Assembly (NCBI GenBank): GCA_963705505.1
Contig: CAVPJU010000010.1
Coordinates: forward strand, 224,001 to 288,000
Direction of reading: 5' to 3'
DNA length: 64,000 nt
Origin: an uncultured bacterium
Lineage (GTDB): Bacteria; Desulfobacterota_D; UBA1144; Nemesobacterales; UBA2774
The notes beneath the pieces were generated by a model. That model saw nothing but the letters and a program-made list of their open reading frames with translations, made no database searches and was not told where the DNA came from. Position 1 is the first letter of the stretch. Each line of letters begins with the position of its first letter. Of this stretch, positions 48,875 to 58,344 are shown piece after piece. The position numbers and the translations under genes are program-made.

Positions 48875-51721
48875 ATGTCGGAGGCGAAAAAAAGAAATTA
48901 TAAAGACACGCTCAACCTTCCGCGGACGGATTTCCCGATGAAGGCGAACCTCAATCAGAAAGAGCCCGAGTACCAGAAAAGGTGGAAAAAGATAAGGCTC
49001 TTCGAGAGGATGAGGGAGAAATCAAAAGGACAGGAAAAATTCATCTTCCACGACGGCCCGCCTTATGCGAACGGTCCCATACACCTGGGCCATCTGCTAA
49101 ATAAGGTGCTCAAGGACATAGTGGTGAGGTCGAAAACGATGCTGGGCTACGATGTGGATTTCGTCCCCGGCTGGGACTGCCACGGGCTGCCTATCGAGCA
49201 CAAGGTGTTAAAGGAGCTGGGGGAGGAAGCTAAAGAGCTCTCCAAAATAAAGATAAGATACAAGTGTCAGGCATACGCCGAAAAGTACGTGAAGCTTCAG
49301 GCGGGCCAGATGCAGAGCCTGGGCACGATAGGGGATTACGAACACCCGTACCTCACCATGACACCCGGCTACGAAGCCGGAGTGCTCGAGGTATTTTCGA
49401 AGCTCCTCGAAAGGGGGCTCGTTTACAGGGACTTAAAACCGGTCCACTGGTCGATCGAGAACCGGACCGCGCTTGCGGACGCAGAGCTCGAATATTATGA
49501 CAGGAACGACAGGAGCATTTACGTCCTCTTCGAAATAGAAAACCCGGAAGGCCTTCCCGCAAACCTCAATCTCCCCACGGACGTGTCTCCATCGCTCATG
49601 ATATGGACGACGACGCCCTGGACGCTTCCGGCGAACCTCGCTGTCGCCGTCTCGCCCGAAGGGAACTACAGCCTCTACCGTGTCACGAAAGACGGAAAGG
49701 AATATTATGTGGTCCTCGTGGAGAACCTTGCCGAGACCGTGTTCAAAAAATCCGGGACGGCGGAATACGAGAAACTGGGCACATGCACCGGACAGGAGCT
49801 GCACGATATGCCGGTGACATACAGGCACCCGTTCGCGGGACGCATGGGAAAGGTGGTTCTGGCGGATTACGTCACGTTCGATGAAGGCACGGGTCTTGTA
49901 CATACAGCGCCCGGCCACGGCATAGAGGACTATCAGACGGGGCTCAGGGAAGGGCTCGATATCTACTGCCCGGTGCTCGAGGACGGCACATTCGACGATA
50001 CCGTTCCCGAATGGTTACGCGGGCAGGACGTATGGGAGGCGAACGGGATAATAACCGACCGGCTCAGGGAATCGGGGAACCTATATTACGAAGAAGAATA
50101 CCTTCACAGCTACCCGCATGACTGGAGGAGCAAATCCCCCACGATATTCAGGGCTACCGAACAGTGGTTCATAAGCGTAGATAAGCGCATAGAGGAGTTC
50201 GGAGGGACTCTCAGGGAGCTTGCTCTCGAGTACTCGCGGAGCGGCATAGAATTCTACCCCGAGTGGGGCAGAAACAGGCTCAGAGGCATGCTCGAAGCGA
50301 GGCCGGACTGGTGCATAAGCCGCCAGAGAGCATGGGGGCTTCCCATACCTGCGTTCATGAGCGAGAGGGGAGAGATATTACTGACTCCGGATTCTGTGAA
50401 TGCAGTCATAGAAAAAATAAGACAAAAAGGGGCCAATTACTGGTTTCAGGCAACGGAAGAGGAAATACTCGAAGGCTACGACCCGGGGCAGGACAAGAAT
50501 GCGCCCGCATGGATAAAGAAAAAAGGGGCGCTCACGAAATTAAGGAAGGGCATGGACATATTCGACGTGTGGTTCGAGTCCGGCTCTTCGTGGCACTCGG
50601 TCCTGGAGCTGAGGAACATAGGGTACCCCGCAGACCTCTACCTCGAAGGGTCTGACCAGCACAGGGGCTGGTTTCAGCTCTCGCTCCTTCCCGCGCTCGG
50701 CGTGACAGGCAGGCCGCCTTTCAAAGCTCTCCTCACGCACGGCTTCATGGTCGACGCACACGGGAGGAAGATGAGCAAGTCCGGAGGGAACGCCCTCGAA
50801 GTGGACGAGCTCTTGAAGCAGCACGGGGCCGACATATGCAGGTGGTGGGTAAGCTCCCTCAAATATACGAACGACATAAAGGTCGATTGGGAGTTCTTCA
50901 AAGCAGCGGGGGAGGAATACAGGAAAGTCAGAAATACTATAAGGTTCCTGCTCGGGAATATATACGACTTCGATGCGGAAAAGGACGGCGTCAAATTTTC
51001 GGATGAGGACAGATACACGATCGACGGCTGGGCCATGGGAGAGCTCTCAAAATTCGTCCGGGAGACGAAGGAAGCCTACGACGGATTCCAGTACAAGAGG
51101 GCAAGCGAGCTGATATACGGTTTCTGCTACGATACTCTCAGCGCCGTTTATCTCGCAGCCACGAAGGACAGGCTCTATTGCGAACGGAGCGGCAGCAGGA
51201 AGAGGAGAAGGTGTCAGACCGCCATGTACCGTATTGCGGACGCGCTTATTAAACTGCTCGCGCCCATTCTCGCTCATACCTCCGACGAGGCATACCTTCA
51301 TCTGAGAGGAGAATCCGCCGACTCCGACGAGAGCGTGCATCTCATGGGCATGCCCGATGAAATAGAGACGGATACCGACCCGAACTGGGAAATGGTAATG
51401 GATATAAGGAGCAAGGTGTCAAAAGCGCTCGAAGAGGCGAAGGAGTCCCAGGGCGTATCCAACCCCCTCGATACGGGAGTGGAGGTTAGCCTCGAGTCCG
51501 AGTCTTACAGTAAGCTAAAACCATTCGAGCCCGAGCTTGCCGACCTCTCGGGTGTGAGCAGGTTTTCGCTAACGGAGGGAGAGGATTTTAAAATCACTAT
51601 CAATGACCTCACGGACGAGCCCAGGTGTGAGCGTTCCTGGAAGAGGGACGGCACCGTGAGAGAGCGCTCGGACGGGGGATTCCTTTCGGATAGGGATGCG
51701 GAGGCGCTGGGGATTGATTAG
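48875..51721 (+). CDS. ileS: Isoleucine--tRNA ligase (type 1)
   Basis: HDGPPYANG..HLGH, GWDCHGLPIE, WTTTPWTLP, DWCISRQR, EGSDQHRGWF and KMSKS. Confidence 0.97.
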   Translation: MSEAKKRNYKDTLNLPRTDFPMKANLNQKEPEYQKRWKKIRLFERMREKSKGQEKFIFHDGPPYANGPIHLGHLLNKVLKDIVVRSKTMLGYDVDFVPGWDCHGLPIEHKVLKELGEEAKELSKIKIRYKCQAYAEKYVKLQAGQMQSLGTIGDYEHPYLTMTPGYEAGVLEVFSKLLERGLVYRDLKPVHWSIENRTALADAELEYYDRNDRSIYVLFEIENPEGLPANLNLPTDVSPSLMIWTTTPWTLPANLAVAVSPEGNYSLYRVTKDGKEYYVVLVENLAETVFKKSGTAEYEKLGTCTGQELHDMPVTYRHPFAGRMGKVVLADYVTFDEGTGLVHTAPGHGIEDYQTGLREGLDIYCPVLEDGTFDDTVPEWLRGQDVWEANGIITDRLRESGNLYYEEEYLHSYPHDWRSKSPTIFRATEQWFISVDKRIEEFGGTLRELALEYSRSGIEFYPEWGRNRLRGMLEARPDWCISRQRAWGLPIPAFMSERGEILLTPDSVNAVIEKIRQKGANYWFQATEEEILEGYDPGQDKNAPAWIKKKGALTKLRKGMDIFDVWFESGSSWHSVLELRNIGYPADLYLEGSDQHRGWFQLSLLPALGVTGRPPFKALLTHGFMVDAHGRKMSKSGGNALEVDELLKQHGADICRWWVSSLKYTNDIKVDWEFFKAAGEEYRKVRNTIRFLLGNIYDFDAEKDGVKFSDEDRYTIDGWAMGELSKFVRETKEAYDGFQYKRASELIYGFCYDTLSAVYLAATKDRLYCERSGSRKRRRCQTAMYRIADALIKLLAPILAHTSDEAYLHLRGESADSDESVHLMGMPDEIETDTDPNWEMVMDIRSKVSKALEEAKESQGVSNPLDTGVEVSLESESYSKLKPFEPELADLSGVSRFSLTEGEDFKITINDLTDEPRCERSWKRDGTVRERSDGGFLSDRDAEALGID

Positions 51722-51743
51722 GCGGTTTCAGACTAAAAAATAA

Positions 51744-51946
51744 ATCCACCCTAGCCCTCCTTTACAAAAGGAGGGAATTATATAACAAAAGATGAGATCC
51801 TGAATCAAGTTCAGGATGACTGATTTTAATAAAAGGTGACACCCCCATCCTCACCTTCCCCCCTCAAGGGGGAAGGTAATAAATACTGCGCCCTTCGATC
51901 CTTCGACTTCGCTCAGGACAGGCTCACTGCTCGAGGATGAACGGGT
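51744..51946. repeat. Palindromic mini-element cluster 3 between convergent ileS and HIT genes
   Basis: F CCCTCCTTT-ACA-AAAGGAGGG at 51755-51775; D at 51794-51820; B at 51839-51876; CCCTTCGA..GATGAACGGG at 51891-51946. Confidence 0.9.
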
Positions 51947-51981
51947 AATAAAATTACAGTATTCGAGACTGACACATTATA

Positions 51982-52323
51982 CTATCCGGGGGGCCAGTTC
52001 ATCTGCCTGCCGCCGAGGATATGCAGATGGACGTGGTAAACCTCCTGGCCGCCCTCCTTGTTCGTATTGATGACGATGCGGTAGCCGGAATCGGATACAC
52101 CGTGGTTTCTTGCGATTTCGGAAGCCTTGATGAGCAGATGCCCGAGGAGCGATTTATCCTTCTCAGTAACTTCCGCGAGTGAAGGTATCTCTCTTTTCGG
52201 CACGAGCAGAATATGAACGGGCGCTTTCGGGTCTATATCCTTAAAAGCGATACACTCATCGTCCTCATATACGATGGCAGCCGGTATCTTTCTATCGATT
52301 ATCCTCGTGAATATGGAACTCAT
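51982..52323 (-). CDS. Histidine triad (HIT/Hint) nucleotide-binding protein
   Basis: IFTRII, AFKDIDPKAPVH and QEVYHVHLHILGG...WPPG. Confidence 0.95.
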   Translation of the reverse strand: MSSIFTRIIDRKIPAAIVYEDDECIAFKDIDPKAPVHILLVPKREIPSLAEVTEKDKSLLGHLLIKASEIARNHGVSDSGYRIVINTNKEGGQEVYHVHLHILGGRQMNWPPG

Positions 52324-52430
52324 AATCGTCTCCTGCTCCAGTGATATAAACTGAACCCGATAGTTATTAACCAATATAACACAGTTGCCCCGGCGCTCAA
52401 TCGGGAATTACGTATTTTATTTTTATGGTA

Positions 52431-52649
52431 CCCCCTCACCCTAACCCACCTTTACGAAAGGAGGGAATTAAAAGGAAAGGACGAGATTGCCGCGCCGCGA
52501 TTTGTTTTTGGTTCCTTCATCCCGCGGTAAAGGTACTTGAATGTATTCTGTGAAGGGCGTCCGGTTGCGCGCTTGCTTACAACCGTTGCGGCTCGCAATG
52601 ACCGGTCTATCACCCCCATCCTTCACCTTCCCCCCTCGAGGGGGAAGGA
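52431..52649. repeat. Palindromic mini-element cluster 4
   Basis: F-type at 52431-52469; A at 52483-52602 with an 89-nt loop insert; B at ~52611-52649. Confidence 0.9.
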
Positions 52650-52703
52650 AGTAAAAAGGCTCGGACGAACGGGCCAATAAGATTAAATCCCCAGCAGTCC
52701 TAT

Positions 52704-53768
52704 TCAAAGCTTTATCCCGCGCCAGCTTTCGATTGGGTCGGTCGAGCGGACTACGTTCATTCCGGCATCGGAGAATCTGGCGAACGCCTTATCCGCTTCC
52801 TCCGTATAGTCGATCACGCCCGGAACCACGACGGGGGACGTGCAGTCTTCCAGCAGGTATATCTTTTCTACTAGCCCCTCATCCCCGGCCATGACCTTCT
52901 CCAGAAGGTCGGCTATGGTCCACGCGACGCAGTGGCTCTTTGCCTGACCCGCTATTATCACCGCATCGAACTCCGTGAGCTTCCCGTATATCGCCTCCGA
53001 AGCCGCGGGCTTCTGAAAGAGCGATTCGGTCCTTAGAATGAGCGGCTTTCCGTCGGGCCCCGTGGACACCTCGGGGCCGAGGACCGAGTAATGCTCGGTC
53101 AAAGGGTGGTCTCCCTTTACGTGAATATCGGGCTGGCTGAAGCGGGCGATCGAATGAAAGAAAACCGCTTCCTCCACAGAGGACGCGAGCGCGTGACCTA
53201 TGCCTCCGAGCATCGCATGGTAAGGCCATATCGTGAGCTCGTATTTGCCTGACTTTTTTAATTCTCTCGTGTAATGAAGTAAGTGGCGCTCCATATAATC
53301 ATCGCCGTGCATGAGGCTGTGGCTGAGCTTCTTATTGAACCTCCACCTGCCGGCCTCTATGTCCTCGACCGAGATGAGCGTATAGGGGGCAGGGTGCTCC
53401 CCGCGTTCGTTTACAAAAAATATTCCGTGAAATATCTGCATCGCCTGGTGCGTATCCATTGTAGGGGCGATCTCCGTAATACAACCCAGGTTCCTGTACA
53501 TGAACTCGCAGAGCCTCCTGTTGTCGTCCACGGCTCCCCGTCCAGAGCGCCCGCCCACGAAGAGCTCGAAGCCCGGTATGCAGAACGTGTTCTGAGCGTC
53601 CACAATGATGAGCGATATCCTGAACCCGTCCACAGAAGAGGGCCGGATGCCGTGCTTACCCGCCCATTCCGCAGCGGAATGGGAGATAGACTGATACTCG
53701 ACCCTGAAGACGTCTCCCGTTTTGTCGGGATCAAAATGCGGGGGCAAGGGCAGCTCTCTCTTTTTCAT
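52704..53768 (-). CDS. Isochorismatase/nicotinamidase-like cysteine hydrolase
   Basis: [29 protein letters not shown] and LEDCTS. Confidence 0.85.
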   Translation of the reverse strand: MKKRELPLPPHFDPDKTGDVFRVEYQSISHSAAEWAGKHGIRPSSVDGFRISLIIVDAQNTFCIPGFELFVGGRSGRGAVDDNRRLCEFMYRNLGCITEIAPTMDTHQAMQIFHGIFFVNERGEHPAPYTLISVEDIEAGRWRFNKKLSHSLMHGDDYMERHLLHYTRELKKSGKYELTIWPYHAMLGGIGHALASSVEEAVFFHSIARFSQPDIHVKGDHPLTEHYSVLGPEVSTGPDGKPLILRTESLFQKPAASEAIYGKLTEFDAVIIAGQAKSHCVAWTIADLLEKVMAGDEGLVEKIYLLEDCTSPVVVPGVIDYTEEADKAFARFSDAGMNVVRSTDPIESWRGIKL

Positions 53769-53922
53769 TGCTCAGCTCCGGATTCATTTGCATGCCGGTC
53801 ACAGATTGAACCGGTCAATGATTAATCTAACAGATTGGAATAATCACTACTAATTGAAATAATCCGATTCATCGATGATAATGAATTCTTAAGGACTCAA
53901 ATAAACCGTATTTCAGCCCGCC

Positions 53923-54681
53923 ATGAAAGTCTATCTGTTCGTGACATGTCTCGTCGATACATTTTTTCCCGGGGTAGGGGAGGGGATGGTAAAAGTACTC
54001 GACAGGTTAGGCGTCGATGTCGAATTCCCCCCTGATCAGACGTGCTGCGGCCAGCCCGCATTTAACAGCGGGTACAGGGAGGAGGCGAGGGCGGTGGCCG
54101 AGAGGTTCATATCCATATTCGGGAAGGCGATAACAGAGAGCGGAGATAAGGAAGCATACATCGTATGCCCATCCGGATCGTGCACGACCATGCTTAAAGT
54201 ATTCTATAAAGAACTATTCGCTAAAGACCCGTTATACTTGGATAAAATAGAATACTTATCGAATAAAACGTACGAATTCTCGGAATTTCTGGTTAAGGTG
54301 CTGAATAAGTCCGACGTAGGCGCTGTTTACAACGGCGTCGTCACGTATCACGATTCCTGCCACCTATTGAGGGAGCTCGGCGTCAAGGACGAGCCCAGAA
54401 AGTTAATAGAGGCGGTCAGCGGGGTTGAATTCAGAGAGATGGACCTCCATGACGCTTGCTGCGGATTCGGGGGCACGTTCTCCATAAAATTCCCCCGTGT
54501 TTCGGTCTCGATGCTCGACGAGAAGATAGAGTGCATCCTGGGGAGCGGGGCCGATACAGTGGTATCGTCGGATATGGGATGCCTGATGAACATAAGCGGG
54601 GCGCTCGGCAGAAGGAAGATACCCGTTAAGGTTTTGCACATAGCGGAGCTTCTGGCGCGCACGGGAAGCGACAAAGATTAA
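53923..54681 (+). CDS. lutA: L-lactate utilization Fe-S subunit A (CCG domains)
   Basis: TCLVD, QTCCGQP, SGSC, YHDSCH and CCGFGGTF. Confidence 0.9.
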   Translation: MKVYLFVTCLVDTFFPGVGEGMVKVLDRLGVDVEFPPDQTCCGQPAFNSGYREEARAVAERFISIFGKAITESGDKEAYIVCPSGSCTTMLKVFYKELFAKDPLYLDKIEYLSNKTYEFSEFLVKVLNKSDVGAVYNGVVTYHDSCHLLRELGVKDEPRKLIEAVSGVEFREMDLHDACCGFGGTFSIKFPRVSVSMLDEKIECILGSGADTVVSSDMGCLMNISGALGRRKIPVKVLHIAELLARTGSDKD

Positions 54682-54693
54682 AGGCTGAAAACG

Positions 54694-56130
54694 ATGGGAT
54701 ACGAGAAGGTAAATTTCGAGAAAGATTCCGCACGCGCAGTCGAGGACAAAAAGCTCCAGCGAGCGCTCATCAACGTCACGAACCGATTCAGGTCGGCGAG
54801 GAATAAGGCGAGCGCGGAGGTGCCCGGCTGGGAGGAACTCCGCAGCCGCGGCAGGGAGATCAAAAAAGAGACCATAGAAAATCTCGATAGATATCTCCTC
54901 ATGCTGGAGAAGAACGTGGAGAAGGCGGGGGGACACGTACACTGGGCGCGGGACAGAGAAGAGGCCTGCAGGATCATCATCGGGATCGCGCGGAAGAACG
55001 GCGTCAAATCAGCGGTGAAAAGCAAGTCCATGGCGACAGAGGAAGTAGAGCTCAACCGGGCTCTCGAGACAGCGGGAATAAGGGCCATAGAGACCGACCT
55101 CGGAGAATATATAATTCAGCTGGCAGGGGAGCACCCTTCTCACATAATCGCCCCCGCGGTGCATAAGACAAAAGACGACATATCGAAGCTCTTCTCGGAG
55201 AAGCTCGGAATCCCGTACCTGAGCGACCCCGCCGACCTGACCAGGGTGGCAAGGGAGCTGATGAGGAGCGAATTCCTGAGCGCGGGTATGGGGATATCGG
55301 GGGCCAATTTCGCGGTCGCAGAGACAGGGACGATAGTGATAGTGGAGAACGAGGGGAACGCACGGCTCACGACTACTGTTCCGCGTATTCACGTAGCGCT
55401 CATGGGGATAGAAAAGATAATCCCCCGCTATAACGACCTTTCGCTCTTTCTCACTCTCCTCGCCAGGAGCGCGACGGGACAAAAATCATCCACGTATGTT
55501 TCGTTCATAACAGGGCCGCGGAGAAAAACGGATATCGACGGCCCCGAGGAATTCCACCTCGTGCTCTTGGATAACGGGCGCTCGGGGATAATCGCAAATG
55601 AAGAAACGAGGGAGTCCTTATACTGCATAAGGTGCGGCGCTTGTCTCAACAACTGTCCCGTGTATAGAAAGGTGGGAGGGCATTCGTACGGCTGGGTATA
55701 TTCGGGACCCATCGGGGCGATAATAAACCCTCAGCTGATGGGCATAGAAAAGGCTCCCGAGCTTCCCTTCGCATCGTCGCTATGCGGGGCCTGCCGGGAC
55801 GTGTGCCCGGTGAAAATAGATTTCCCGAAGGTATTGCTCGAACTGAGACACGAAGTAAGGGAATCGAAAATGGAGACGGGTAAGCGATGGGAGCTGTTCA
55901 TGGAGCGGCTTACTTTCAGGATGTGGCGCGTTATCGTTACGAACAGCAAGCTATACGGCCTCGCATCCGGGATTGCGTATTATCTCCAGATTCCTTTCCG
56001 CGGAAGCGACGGGAGTCTCAAATCACTTCCGTACCCGTTTTCGAGGTGGACGCAGGAGAGGGATTTTCCCGCGCTGGCCGCGACTCCCTTCAGGGAAAGG
56101 TGGAAAAAATTGAAAAGAGAGATAGGGTAG
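54694..56130 (+). CDS. lutB: L-lactate utilization Fe-S subunit B
   Basis: KSKSMATEE, ETDLGEYI, ENEGN, CIRCGACLNNCP and SSLCGACRDVCPV. Confidence 0.93.
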   Translation: MGYEKVNFEKDSARAVEDKKLQRALINVTNRFRSARNKASAEVPGWEELRSRGREIKKETIENLDRYLLMLEKNVEKAGGHVHWARDREEACRIIIGIARKNGVKSAVKSKSMATEEVELNRALETAGIRAIETDLGEYIIQLAGEHPSHIIAPAVHKTKDDISKLFSEKLGIPYLSDPADLTRVARELMRSEFLSAGMGISGANFAVAETGTIVIVENEGNARLTTTVPRIHVALMGIEKIIPRYNDLSLFLTLLARSATGQKSSTYVSFITGPRRKTDIDGPEEFHLVLLDNGRSGIIANEETRESLYCIRCGACLNNCPVYRKVGGHSYGWVYSGPIGAIINPQLMGIEKAPELPFASSLCGACRDVCPVKIDFPKVLLELRHEVRESKMETGKRWELFMERLTFRMWRVIVTNSKLYGLASGIAYYLQIPFRGSDGSLKSLPYPFSRWTQERDFPALAATPFRERWKKLKREIG

Positions 56131-56142
56131 GGGAGGCGGAAT

Positions 56143-56868
56143 ATGGGAAACAATTCACGCGAAGAGATACTGAGCAGGGTGAGAAAGGGGCTATACGGTA
56201 GCGGTGCGCATCAAGCGGGAGCGTTTTCACCCGGAGAAGAGGAGAGGGATTTTCATAAAGAAGCAGAAGAGATTAGAAGACACAATATAACCAATGAAGA
56301 CAGTCTATTAAAGCAAATCCTTAAAGAACTGCTTAATGTCAATGCGGAGGTTAGAACAGCGGAATCCGAAGACGGATTGAAAGCTTCGATTGCAGAGCTT
56401 ATCAGTGCGAAAGGAATCTCGTCTTTTGCGATGTGTGAATCGGACTATTTAAAAAAACTCGGGCTGAGAGATTTCCTGACCTCGGAAGGATTGGAACACC
56501 TGGAAGCAAGCGATAAGGAAGTAGTCGCAAAAGCCGGGATCGGAATAACGGAGGTCGATTATGCGATAGCGGATACGGGGACTCTCGTGATCCTCACAGA
56601 CGTAATGAGACCGAGGAGTGTGTCGCTCCTTCCGCCGATACACTTGGCGATTGTGAGGAAGGGTAATTTAGTAAGCAATATAAGCGACTTATTCATCATA
56701 CTTAAACAAACGCTCGATGACACTCAAGACATCACGAGCTGCATGACATTTATCACAGGGCCAAGCAGGACGGCGGATATAGAGCTCAATCTTACACTCG
56801 GGGTCCACGGCCCGAAGGAGCTGTATGTCATTTTAATTGCAGATAAATTAGCAGAACGTGAATCCTAA
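56143..56868 (+). CDS. lutC: L-lactate utilization LUD-domain subunit C
   Basis: IADTGTL, SLLPPIH and ITGPSRTADIE...GVHGP. Confidence 0.92.
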   Translation: MGNNSREEILSRVRKGLYGSGAHQAGAFSPGEEERDFHKEAEEIRRHNITNEDSLLKQILKELLNVNAEVRTAESEDGLKASIAELISAKGISSFAMCESDYLKKLGLRDFLTSEGLEHLEASDKEVVAKAGIGITEVDYAIADTGTLVILTDVMRPRSVSLLPPIHLAIVRKGNLVSNISDLFIILKQTLDDTQDITSCMTFITGPSRTADIELNLTLGVHGPKELYVILIADKLAERES

Positions 56869-56874
56869 AGCCGG

Positions 56875-57375
56875 TCAATTCGGGAATTCAACATACGGTC
56901 CGGCGGGCTCTTTGCCGGGCGGCACGTAATCAGGCGTAGGCTCGCCCGCGGGACCCAATGACTTGATGAAGAGATAAACATCGGTCAAGTCCGTGTCGGT
57001 CATATCCCTCAGCACATACCAGGGCATAGGCGGTCTGGCCTTCACATAACGTACATTGTTAATCCACTCGGCTTCTGTAAGTCCCTGCACGAAAAGACGG
57101 AGGTTCAGAGCGTAAGTCGTGCCCCAGGGACCCCGCCAGCCGACCGGGCTCCCCGTGAGCCATTGATCGACGGGGATATTCCCGTCCGCCTCGGGATAAC
57201 CCGGCGTGTGGCAGTCATTACAGCCCGTGATTTTCACGATATACTCGCCGTGCTTGACGGGATCCGAATTCCCGTTTCCCGCCGACCCTGTGCCGGCCAT
57301 CTTGTTGCATGAGATTAACGCCGTACCCACCAAGACTGTAGCGGCCATCAAGAAGAGAACTTTTTTATATAACAT
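56875..57375 (-). CDS. Monoheme cytochrome c lipoprotein
   Basis: Lipobox LISC; CNDCH heme motif; PPMPW distal Met. Confidence 0.88.
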   Translation of the reverse strand: MLYKKVLFLMAATVLVGTALISCNKMAGTGSAGNGNSDPVKHGEYIVKITGCNDCHTPGYPEADGNIPVDQWLTGSPVGWRGPWGTTYALNLRLFVQGLTEAEWINNVRYVKARPPMPWYVLRDMTDTDLTDVYLFIKSLGPAGEPTPDYVPPGKEPAGPYVEFPN

Positions 57376-57543
57376 TCTCCATCATCCTCCCGTAAGGAAT
57401 ATCGAGTACAATTTTGAGTTATCTATTATAGGGAGCTAAGAAAATAAACGCAATACTTTTATATTCAGATCTCGAGAGCCGGAGAGGATTGCTGAGTCCG
57501 TAAAATAAAAAAGGAGTAAAGTTTTGCGGCTGCCGATATAAAA

Positions 57544-58263
57544 TCATCCATTCCCGATCCAGTCACGGGCGTTAAATTCTTTGCCGGTAACGCCGGTCGA
57601 GTCATCCGATGCCAGATAGACGAAGACGGGGGAAATTTCCTCGGGCGAGGGCAGGGACATAGGGTCCTCGTCAGGGTAGGCCCCGGCTCTCATGTCGGTA
57701 CGCGTCCCCCCGGGGTTGACCGAATTCACCCTCGGCCCCGAATCTCCCAATTCGTCCGCAAGGACCTGCGTCAGGGCCTCGATCCCGAATTTGGAAGCGG
57801 CGTAAGCTCCCCATTCCTTTTTTCCCTTTCTCCCGACACTCGAGCTCACGTTTATGACGGAACCGCTTTTGGATTTCATGAGAAGCGGGAGGAGGGCTTT
57901 TGTGACGAAGAACTGGGCGTTGAGATTGATATGAATCACTTCCTCCCAGATATCTTCCGGATATTCGAGGATAGGTTTCCGTTCGCCGAGGATGCTCGCG
58001 TTGTTAACGAGTATGTCGAGCGATCCCCATTTTTCAGCGACCGACTTCGCGAGCTTCTTTACGTCATCCTTGTTCGCGATATCGGCGACGACGTAATCTA
58101 TTCGCCCATACTTTCCGAGCTCGTTGCATGCCGCTCTCAAATTGATTTCATTCCTTCCGCATATAACGACGGATGCGCCTTCGTTAAGGAACGCCCTTGC
58201 TATCCCTTTGCCGATACCTTTGCCTCCGCCGGTAATGAGAGCCTTTTTACCCTGCAGTTTCAT
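57544..58263 (-). CDS. Short-chain dehydrogenase/reductase (YciK-like)
   Basis: TGGGKGIG, WGAYAASK and NPGGTRTDMRAGAYP. Confidence 0.9.
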   Translation of the reverse strand: MKLQGKKALITGGGKGIGKGIARAFLNEGASVVICGRNEINLRAACNELGKYGRIDYVVADIANKDDVKKLAKSVAEKWGSLDILVNNASILGERKPILEYPEDIWEEVIHINLNAQFFVTKALLPLLMKSKSGSVINVSSSVGRKGKKEWGAYAASKFGIEALTQVLADELGDSGPRVNSVNPGGTRTDMRAGAYPDEDPMSLPSPEEISPVFVYLASDDSTGVTGKEFNARDWIGNG

Positions 58264-58344
58264 TATCTTCAATTCTACCTGTTGCAGTTATCGAAACTAA
58301 GAGATTCTGTGATATGAAACTTATACGCGTTATCGGGTAGAAGG

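Noticed and set aside
48857..48903. Short out-of-frame ORF (ATG 48865) after AAGGAG as a leader peptide or a further ileS frameshift
   Set aside because: The RBS-ATG spacing is only 2 nt, and the in-frame ATG at 48875 gives a normal IleRS N-terminus.
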